Shown piece after piece: positions 20,367-28,835 of a stretch of 64,000 nt of DNA. The position numbers were made by a program, and so were the translations under genes. This stretch comes from Ostreococcus lucimarinus. Its lineage: Eukaryota. How positions within the stretch are numbered: position 1 is the first letter of the stretch; each line of letters starts with the position of its first letter. The stretch lies in NCBI GenBank assembly GCA_000092065.1, contig CP000587.1; one strand, 5' to 3'. Below the pieces are notes generated by a model. The model worked only from the letters and a program-made list of their open reading frames with translations, searched no databases and was not told where the DNA came from.

Positions 20367-20468
20367 GGGCGCGGTGTGCGGACGCGCGCCGAGCGCTCGG
20401 CGAAGAATGGTGGATAAAAACGTCGACTGCGATGATTCTAAGCGCTAAAAAGTCGATTCGGTGCTATG

Positions 20469-22019
20469 CTAATACGGTCTGCGTTCGTGTTGGTACACGG
20501 GCGGCGTGGTCCCGCTGCTCTTCGCGGCGGAAAAGTTCTTCTTGAAGTACACGCCGTCGTCGAGGCGTTGATAGTATTCGTCGGGGACGTAGTCTCGGGG
20601 AGAGTAGTGCTGAGCGGCGCGCGCGCTCGGACACGCCTGTAAGGCTTCCCAAATTTTCTCGATGGAGTCCTGCTTCTCAAACGTGCGCGCGCTCGACATG
20701 TTCGATGAAGACGGTTGACGCATGTCGTCCTCGAGCCAAGACTCGTGATCGGGTTCGTCCGGCGGGTACTCCTCGCGATACGCGCGGTCGATGGAGTTGG
20801 ACGCTTGCAACTCGCGCTTGCCAAGGTCGCTATCAGGATCGTCCGATCCCCAAGAGAACTGACGACAATATTTCGGTCTGGGTGGTGGTGGCCGCCGGTC
20901 ACGCGCGTGGACTTGCGCGGGCGTCGCTACAGATGCGGCACGTCCAAAACGCCGTTCTTGCTCGACTTCGCGACGCGCCTCACTCGAGTGATACGGTCGA
21001 AGATCACCGCGCCCTGTGTACCTTCGATCATCTGCGACGACACCTTGGTCGTCTCTCAGCCTTCTTGTGCTCGAGTGCGAACGTTTCGCCTTGCGCTCGG
21101 GGCTCGTTGGTTTTCGTACCACAGGAGCGCTCCCCCCGCCTCTAAGTTCGCGGTCGGCGGACCTTCGCCTCGACTTGGAACCCGAAACCGTATTCATGCG
21201 AGCCTCTTCTTCGTCCATAAAAGTACCTTTTCTTCTCAACAAGTTGCTCAAAGAGCGCATGTATACATTACGCTCTTGCAGTTTCAACGCCGGCGCGTGA
21301 AACTTTACGCCCGGCCAGCCTTGCTCCAGCATCGAGTTATAAAAAAAGCCTTGGTATCCAGCGCGCGCGATCACCTTGCACAGTTCCGCCGCAGGCACCG
21401 CATAGCGTCGCAGACTCGTCCAAATGTAGTTGACCGGTGTGAAAAGCTTGGGATACCGCACACATATGTTGGCAAAGTCTTCGTACATGATGCTTTGACC
21501 GCGTGCGCTATCCAACTGAGCAAATAAATCCTTGTACGCAGCGTATATATCCCGCGGCGCCTTGTCGCGCCAGTCATTCACATTCGCACGCGCGCGTCCC
21601 TCTTTAGTTCGATGTCTAAACATGTTCACGCTCGCTTGAATGCACGCCTTGAACTCATCTTTACTAATCGCTCCGCTATCGTCCAAATCGAGCAACCGAA
21701 ACGCGAACCGCACCCGCCCAGTCGCATTCGCCAACTGAAACGCCCCGAGCACGATTACGAACTCGCGAAAATCTATGTATCCACTCTCATCCGTGTCGAT
21801 CAACGAAAACAACCGATCGAAGAACACGTCCTGCTCCAGTTTGAACGCCCTCGCGAATTCAGACTTTTGAATTCTCCCGTCTCCGTTCGAGTCCGTCTTC
21901 TTAAACAACCGATACGACCGGATCAGGTCTCGCTCGCTCGCCGGGTCGAGCTTCAGGTTCTCTTGCAGCATGCGCGACACGCGTTGGGCGTCGAGCGAGC
22001 GACTGGAGCACAGACCCAT
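20469..22019 (-). CDS. N-myristoylated EF-hand Ca2+-binding protein (CBL/recoverin-like) with long disordered C-terminal extension
   Basis: MGLCSS N-terminus (Gly2 myristoylation, Cys4 palmitoylation context). Three EF loops: DSNGDGRIQKSEF, DTDESGYIDFREF, DLDDSGAISKDEF. Confidence 0.85.
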   Translation of the reverse strand: MGLCSSRSLDAQRVSRMLQENLKLDPASERDLIRSYRLFKKTDSNGDGRIQKSEFARAFKLEQDVFFDRLFSLIDTDESGYIDFREFVIVLGAFQLANATGRVRFAFRLLDLDDSGAISKDEFKACIQASVNMFRHRTKEGRARANVNDWRDKAPRDIYAAYKDLFAQLDSARGQSIMYEDFANICVRYPKLFTPVNYIWTSLRRYAVPAAELCKVIARAGYQGFFYNSMLEQGWPGVKFHAPALKLQERNVYMRSLSNLLRRKGTFMDEEEARMNTVSGSKSRRRSADRELRGGGSAPVVRKPTSPERKAKRSHSSTRRLRDDQGVVADDRRYTGRGDLRPYHSSEARREVEQERRFGRAASVATPAQVHARDRRPPPPRPKYCRQFSWGSDDPDSDLGKRELQASNSIDRAYREEYPPDEPDHESWLEDDMRQPSSSNMSSARTFEKQDSIEKIWEALQACPSARAAQHYSPRDYVPDEYYQRLDDGVYFKKNFSAAKSSGTTPPVYQHERRPY

Positions 22020-22335
22020 GGTGAATCACGCCGGCGGGTCGCGGTTGGGATTGGCGTGCCCGCGGGGCGTTCCCGCGCGAGGTCGCGTCGCGCGCGCGGC
22101 GAACGAGACGAGACGGGACGACGCACGACGACGAAGCGTGCGGTCTCACCCGTGCGCGCGCGCGACGCGAGAAGGCGCGCCGGTGAGTGACGTCGGATGA
22201 GCGCGACGGTGCCAACTGTTTGTCGTCCGCTCTTCGCGCGAGGGCGCGGAGCGCGAGTCGGGTGGCTTCGCGCGACGCCGATGGATGGAACTACGCTTAA
22301 AGATGAGTGTTAAACGGACGTGAAATCGATGTCAG

Positions 22336-23907
22336 CTAAGGCATTAGAGACGGTTCGTGTAACGGTTCGAGCGGCGCGTCGCCGTCGTGCGCCGTGCTGT
22401 TATCTACTTGGCACATTTCCCATATTTTTACGCCACAACCGCGCCACAGAGAGTCTTCGATGCGGTCCATCTGATCTTCCGCCGGCCAAAGACCGTCAGG
22501 AGTCGCCAAAACAGCACCGATATAAGACTGACCGGCAGACTTTGCCGCACCAGCGTAGTAGTACAGCGACCAACTCAAATCATCCGCGGCGTCGACGACG
22601 CGCCAGTACTCCTCGCTCGTCACGCCGTTGTCCATGAAGGAAAAAATAAATGTTCCCGGTGTCTCTGCGCGCCTACATCGGTAATCGCTTCGACGGTACA
22701 CGCTCCGACCGTCGAGAGTGTTCACTTTGAAAACAGGATTATACCAGAAAGCAGTTTTGTTTTTCTTATCCTTGTACCATATCTGGAACTGATTCGGAAA
22801 GTAATCGTACGCAGGATTTTGCCCAGCGACGGCGAGCCAACTGTATTGCTTTTCGCCGAGCCATCCTTGCATTATACGCTCCGCGGCGGCGTGCGTCAAC
22901 ATCTCGCCACGCCACGTCGTCATGGGAAGCACAGCCGGTAACTGCGGTCGCTTGGCGTCGTTCCCGAGACAATTGTGCTTGTGAAGCATGCACCTAGCGA
23001 GCTTCTCAAACTGTTCGTTCTGATAGCTCCTTATGCACGTGTACGTGCACACTTGATCGTTGAGTCCGCACGCATCCACGCAATCGAGGCTCTTTTTGCA
23101 TTGCGGATTCTGGTAACACGCGAGTAACTGTTTGTTGCAGTTGCTCGCGATGCACCAAACGTTACCGAGCGTGATGTCCTGGTTTATGTCGACTGCCGGC
23201 ACGCGAGCGCCCGACGCGTCGACGAGCAACAAGATTGAGAGCAACGTATCGAGATGATTTCCACGCGCGTACAACTCCTTCACTTGATCCATCAGTCGTA
23301 CATCCTTCGCCGCCTGACTCCAAGGCGTTAATTTTGCGCCTACCGCGCGCAACTGTCGCGTCGGCTGATAACAAATCCGCTCGTCCGCCTCCAACGCCGG
23401 TGAATTCAGCGCGCAACCAGTCGCCGCCGATGCCGTAGCGCGTCGCACTCTCCCCGCCGTCTCCTCATCATCGACATCTATCGCGATGAAGACATCCGCA
23501 TCGCTCGCACCGCTCGCCCGCATCTCTTCATCGCTCGCGTCGACATCGACCACGATCATCCGTAGCGTTCCCTCGTCCGCGTCGCTCCACGCGACTCTTC
23601 TCGCCAGGTGTTCGAACACTTCACCAAAGCTCGGCCCCTCGACGTCGAACCGTCCGCGCGCCGCGAGTGATTTCGGATACCGCATGAACGACAACGCATC
23701 CTTTCGCGCGAAGCACGCCACGGTGCACGCGGCGCTGGACGCCGCGCGCGACGCGTCGACGACGTCGGGACTGGGCTGGATGGGCGACGTCACGGCGGTG
23801 GCGACGACGCGCGCGGCGCGCGCGGGACCGCGGCGACGCGCGGACGACGCGGTGTGCTGCGCCACCGGTCGCGCGCGCGATGCGGACGCGAACGCGTCGG
23901 CGCGCAT
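22336..23907 (-). CDS. VDE: violaxanthin de-epoxidase family protein (VDE / VDE-like)
   Basis: Cys-rich N-domain whose Cys spacing follows Arabidopsis VDE (CIASNCNKQLLACYQNPQCKKSLDCVDACGLNDQVCTYTCIRSYQNEQFEKLARCMLHKHNCL), followed by the lipocalin-like core (…NPAYDYFPNQ… YYYAGAAKSAGQSYIGAVL…). Presequence at the N-terminus. Confidence 0.75.
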   Translation of the reverse strand: MRADAFASASRARPVAQHTASSARRRGPARAARVVATAVTSPIQPSPDVVDASRAASSAACTVACFARKDALSFMRYPKSLAARGRFDVEGPSFGEVFEHLARRVAWSDADEGTLRMIVVDVDASDEEMRASGASDADVFIAIDVDDEETAGRVRRATASAATGCALNSPALEADERICYQPTRQLRAVGAKLTPWSQAAKDVRLMDQVKELYARGNHLDTLLSILLLVDASGARVPAVDINQDITLGNVWCIASNCNKQLLACYQNPQCKKSLDCVDACGLNDQVCTYTCIRSYQNEQFEKLARCMLHKHNCLGNDAKRPQLPAVLPMTTWRGEMLTHAAAERIMQGWLGEKQYSWLAVAGQNPAYDYFPNQFQIWYKDKKNKTAFWYNPVFKVNTLDGRSVYRRSDYRCRRAETPGTFIFSFMDNGVTSEEYWRVVDAADDLSWSLYYYAGAAKSAGQSYIGAVLATPDGLWPAEDQMDRIEDSLWRGCGVKIWEMCQVDNSTAHDGDAPLEPLHEPSLMP

Positions 23908-24092
23908 GAAGCCGGAAGCGCGGGTGTGTCGAGGCGTGAACTGTGGAACTAAGACTGACTATGGATATGACAAAACGGTGCGGTATGGTATATAAATGTG
24001 GTCAAAATTGGCGACCGCTCGGCTTCGTCGACGGCGACGTGGAGCGAAAATTGGTGTGCGTCGCAAATAAGAACCGCGAGCAGACAGTGACA

Positions 24093-26240
24093 TCACCGCT
24101 GTTCAGCGCTGACGAGCGGGCGGTACATGTCGTGCAAGGCTTGGAGCTGATGGAGAAGTCCAAGGTATTGCGTCGACGTATAATCAAAGCACGCCGGGAA
24201 AACGGAACGGCGGTCCGATTCTTTGGCGACTTTGCTTGCCAAGACGATCTCTGAGAGTTCGAGCAGCCTGGCTGTGTGAAGCGTCCCCATGCAAGCGTCC
24301 GCTTCGGCTAGCGCTTGCTTATTTCTCAAAGCAGCTTCGCAGAACTGATAGTCCATCGTGAGCACGGCGAGAAGCGCGGCAGTCTGCATGCACGCCTCTT
24401 CTTGTGAGAGATTCAACAGCCTCGCTTCGAGATTGCGCATGGACGTCGGCGCTCGCTTGAGAAATTCCAAGATGTTCAAAGTGACGTGAAGGTCGGAGAA
24501 GTCTGCGGCGCGGAACATCAACACGCGGTGATTCGCGTGTAGGCTACCGAGTCTAGACAGCAATGAGCTCGTCTCAGCGGTGAACTTTTGCGCGTTCTCC
24601 ACCATGATGACGGATTCCCATCGAACCTGCCGCAAGAGCACGATGTCCAGCACCACCGTTGAGTGCGTCGTGATGAGAACATTGAAGCGAGGAGTTGACA
24701 CGCCGTTGGTCGCACGGGGAAAGGCGCCGACGAAGGACCATTCGTGCTGTTGTACGGTCGCACGGCACGTTGCCGAGCCGCCGTACTCGACGACGTTCAC
24801 GTCTGGCGCAATACGACTGAATTCGCGGGACCAGTGCTCCAGCTCGCTCTCGGCGACGATGATGAGAGACGGCCCGTGTTCGTCGTACTGGCGCTTTCGA
24901 TCGGCAATAAAGTTAGCCGCGACCTCGGCGTGTTTACAGAGCGGCGAGTTATCCACGAAACACACGCCCTCCTTTTCAAACCACGTCGCTAAGAGCCAAC
25001 GTGCGACGCATTGTACGCCTTTGCTCGGTTTGTTACTCTCGTCGACGTTTGCCAAGCTCGGTGGCACGCTGTACGGGCGTTTGAGACTTTCGTGGTCGAA
25101 CTGGGTGTAGCGTTCGAGCAACATGTCGAAATCGTCGTGCCCATCTATCGTCTCCCATGTGCAGTCGGCGTACGGTAATCCCCACCACTTGACGAGCAAG
25201 CGCGTGTTTGGCGGCATGCCCGTCACGTTCACGACGCGTTGCGGGCGCAACCAGGTGCGTTTAACCGCGTATACGGGGTCACCCAACACCGCACGAGGGT
25301 ATTGCGCCTCGAAAGCCCTGAGAATATCCGGACACGCGCGCTCCAAATCCCTCTCGCGCACCCACGAGTTTCGCGCGTGCGACCGTCCTTCCCAGCGCAC
25401 GTAGCACTCCGCCACATCGCGAACGCGTCGCCCAAACACCCCAACCACGCGCTCACCCTCACCAAGAACTTTTTCCAAATCTACGACTTCGAAATCATCC
25501 GCGCCCACGTCCGCGCCCGCATCCGCGTCCTTCGCGTCCTTCGCGTCCTTCGCGTCCTTCGCGTCCTTCGCGCGCTCGTCGTCTCTTCGCGCCCCGTTCC
25601 CATCCTTATCGTCCGCATCGCTTCCAGTATTCGGCGATCGCGCCTCCGGCGGCGTCGCTCGCTTCACGCTCTCCACCGTCCGTCGCGTTCTTCGGCGCGT
25701 CTCTCGTCGTCCCAACGCGCCCGCGCGTTCGTCGCCCGCGCGTTCGCTCAAGTCGCTCCCGCTGCTCCCGCTCGACCCCTTGCTCGCGCGTCTTTTCCCG
25801 TCCTCGCGCCTCGTCGTCCGCGTCGCCCGCGTCGCCTTGCCCACTAAATCGCTCGCCGACGAGTCGTTCGAGCGTTCATCGCGATCGCTCGACGACGTTC
25901 GCGTCGCGCGGCGGTTCGCGAGCGTCGCGCGGCGTCGCGTCGCGGGCATTTCCGCGATATCTTTTCCCGGGACGCGATGACGGCGCGCGCGCGCGCTCGA
26001 CGCGTCGAGATCGTCGCGCGGCGCGCGCGACGGGCGCGAAAAAATTCGCGCGTACCGCGCGCGCTCGCGGTGTGCGCCGATGGAGTTGGACGCGTCGCCG
26101 CGGGCGCGGGGCGCGCGCGCGGGACTGCGACGCGCGAGGGCGCTTTTTCGCGCGAAAAAGGCGGCTTTTTCGGCACGAGATCGAGATCTCTTGAGTCGTG
26201 AACGGTCGATGGAGGGGGTCGAACGGATGCTTTTATCCAA
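24093..26240 (-). CDS. CHD1-derived protein: tandem chromodomains + catalytically degenerate SNF2_N fragment, no helicase-C domain (possibly a pseudogene)
   Basis: Chromodomain 2 ([16 protein letters not shown]) matches CHD1 (CKWQGLPYSECSWE). The SNF2_N region aligns colinearly with CHD1, but motif I is SPLCKH (for GLGKT), motif II is VENAQKF (for VDEAHRLKN) and motif III is FRAADFS (for TGTPLQN). The ORF stops 186 bp before the next gene with no helicase-C domain. Confidence 0.7.
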   Translation of the reverse strand: [715 protein letters not shown]

Positions 26241-26265
26241 AAAGTGCCTTGCGCGCGAATCGCGC

Positions 26266-27888
26266 TCACGCGCGCGGCTTTGGTCGGCGCGCGCGAGGCG
26301 GGTCTCTCTCGCGCGCGGCGCGCGGTCGTTTGGCCGAGGCGGCGCGGTCGCGGAGATCGGCGACGAAGATGACGTCGTCGGTGGTGGTGGTGGTGGCGTC
26401 GGCGGCGTCGGAGTCGGCGTCCGCGTCGGCGGCGGCGTCGGCGGCGAGCGCGCGGCGAAGCGCCGAGACGTTGTCGCGCGGGAAGGTGTCGAGGGAAATG
26501 CGTCTGAGCTCGCGTGGGAGCGAGCGACAAGACGCTAAATCGATCGTGCGGAGGTTCGGAAAGCGGCCGTGGCGACCGGAGACGAGGTGTTTGATCGTGG
26601 AGGTGGTGACGCCGGATCCGGGGACGCGCAAGACTCGAAGCGGAAAGTCTGGGCCTTCGTGGGCGAAGAGTTGCTCGAACGCGGCGTCGGTGACGAACCT
26701 CGCGTTCGCACCTACGTCTGCAAGCTCGAGGACTTCGAGCGCGGGACAGAGATGAGCGAGGATGTGCGCCACCGCGCCGTCGTCGGAGGAAATCGGGGTA
26801 CGCGCGCATCGAAGCGTCTTGAGCCGCGTCGGCAGGCGATCCCACACGAGGTTGCGCCAGTCCCCTATGTGCGTGCACCCCGTGAGATCGAGAATTTCGA
26901 TGCTCTCTATCGATCCGTACAACATGGATATCATCGTCTCGTCGTTCACGTTCGAGTTGCCGTATCGATGCCCGACGCTCGTCGTCTCCATGGACACCGC
27001 AATTTCGAGCACGCGCAAGTCTTTCCAGCACGTGTGTTCGAAATCTTCGCCAATATCGCCCACGATGCGCCATCCTGATTCTCCGCCAAAATGATTTAGC
27101 TTGAGCTCTTGTAAATGCGGAAGCGCGCGCTGCATGCTGAAGAGCGGAAACCGCACGTCTTCGCCGCAATTCGTGAGGTCGAGCGAGCGAAGCTCGCCGC
27201 AGCGCCTTATCGTCTCGAATAATCTGACCGCTCGCGTCGAGAACGCCCGGCGCTCGTGAGGAGAGTACGGCGCTTCTCGTCCGCAACTGACACTTCGCAA
27301 CGTGTCGCAATTACGAGCGATAAAGTACTCAAAGACTTCGAGTACGTCCGCGGGCGTCATCTTTGGCGAGCTCAAATCTATCTTAATCGCCGCCAGACCC
27401 GGTCGCTGCTCCGCAAAGGCGATCATGGCCGATTTCGTAAATGATCCACCACTAAAAACTACGCTCTCCAGCGACTCGCAACTCTCTCCAAGCAGGCGCA
27501 ACGTCGCGTCCGTCAACTTCCCGCACCCCGACAAATTCAACCGCCGAACGCCGCCAAACACATTCTTTTTCGCGTACGCCCGCATCCTCGCGTCCGTCGC
27601 CGCGCAGAACCCATACGAAATATCGAATTCCTCGTAAAACATCGCCGGTTCCCGCTCGATCGCGTCGCGGAACGTCCTCGACACGCATCGCAGCGCCGCC
27701 GCCGTCGTCGTCCCGCGCGCGCCGTCGTCCCGCACCCGTCTCGCCAAAATCTCCTGCACGATCTCCATCGGCAGCGAATCCAGCGTCGTCCTCGCGTACC
27801 GCGCGTCCTCGCGCGCCGTCGTCGTCGCCCGCAGCGCCTGCATCGCGCGTTCGTCGTCGTCCGGCGTCATCGACTCGGCCACCACCAC
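26266..27888 (-). CDS. F-box / cysteine-containing LRR protein (FBXL-type)
   Basis: N-terminal F-box (LDSLPMEIVQEILARRV) followed by ~26-aa CC-type LRRs (LNLSGCGKLTDATLRLLGESCESLESV, LDLTNCGEDV, LDLTGCTHIGD). Confidence 0.8.
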   Translation of the reverse strand: MVVAESMTPDDDERAMQALRATTTAREDARYARTTLDSLPMEIVQEILARRVRDDGARGTTTAAALRCVSRTFRDAIEREPAMFYEEFDISYGFCAATDARMRAYAKKNVFGGVRRLNLSGCGKLTDATLRLLGESCESLESVVFSGGSFTKSAMIAFAEQRPGLAAIKIDLSSPKMTPADVLEVFEYFIARNCDTLRSVSCGREAPYSPHERRAFSTRAVRLFETIRRCGELRSLDLTNCGEDVRFPLFSMQRALPHLQELKLNHFGGESGWRIVGDIGEDFEHTCWKDLRVLEIAVSMETTSVGHRYGNSNVNDETMISMLYGSIESIEILDLTGCTHIGDWRNLVWDRLPTRLKTLRCARTPISSDDGAVAHILAHLCPALEVLELADVGANARFVTDAAFEQLFAHEGPDFPLRVLRVPGSGVTTSTIKHLVSGRHGRFPNLRTIDLASCRSLPRELRRISLDTFPRDNVSALRRALAADAAADADADSDAADATTTTTDDVIFVADLRDRAASAKRPRAARERDPPRARRPKPRA

Positions 27889-28835
27889 GTCGCCCTTCGC
27901 GTCGTCTCGTCGCTCGCGCGCGCCGCGTTCGGGTACCCTCGCAGCCCGTTGGCGAAGATCGCGATCGACGCCACCGCGGCGAGGACGGTGAGGTCGTTCC
28001 GGCGCCCCGGCGTCATCGTCTGCCGCGCGCGCGGATCAGCAATCGCGCGCGCGGGCGCGCGCGCCACGCCATGCGGTAAACAGTGTCGTACACTTTCCGG
28101 ATGATGCGCTATATAAAACTCCACAATACACCCGTATACCCGTATATCCAATTAGACGCGCGTGCGGATTTCAAAGCCCATCGGAGCTGTCGCGCGGGCA
28201 CCGCGCGCCGCATTGCACGACGCGGTCGCGTCCGACGCCACGCGCGCGCGCGAAACGCACGCGACGCGCGCCCGCGTAAAGCGCGCACCGTAAATCTCTC
28301 GCGCGCGATCGCCGATCGTCGATCGCGCGATCGCGCGGGAAACGCACGACCGCGCGACGCATCGTTCGCAGCGCATCGCGACGCAACGCATCGATTCCGC
28401 GCGACGTCGCCATGCCCGGCGCGCGCGCGCCTCGAGCGGTGCACGCGCGACAGGACGCGATGACGCCGTTCGGGGATTTTATCTGCGTCCCCGTGCGCAC
28501 GATCGAGGACGTGGGCGGGGAGGAGCGCGACGCGAGAGCGCGCGGAGAGGCGCTCGACCACGAAGTGCGGTGCGTGATTTGAATGCGCGCGCGATGCGAC
28601 GAACGCGCGGCGCGGACGGCGATGCGAGGAGGCGCGACGCGCGACGACGCGCGGATGCGAAGACTGACTTAACGTCGTACCGGTCGATGGCGCGCGCGAT
28701 CGCAGGGCGTACAAGCTCGGGAAGAAGAAGCGGAGTTACAACCAAGTCGAACTCGCGTTTGAACGCCAACGGGAGGGACGGGCGAGCGCGGGCGAGCGCG
28801 CGCGAGAGGGACGCGGCGCGAGGATATTTGAAGCC

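Noticed and set aside
25844-27310. 488-aa minus-strand Arg-rich ORF spanning the CHD-like/F-box junction
   Set aside because: Alternative frame of two well-supported genes. Composition is non-coding-like.
28083-28830. Cluster of short overlapping ORFs in the 27.9-28.8 kb spacer
   Set aside because: All are Arg/Ala-rich and mutually overlapping. The region is more likely a divergent promoter/5' UTR, and it contains a TATATAAAA element at ~28112.
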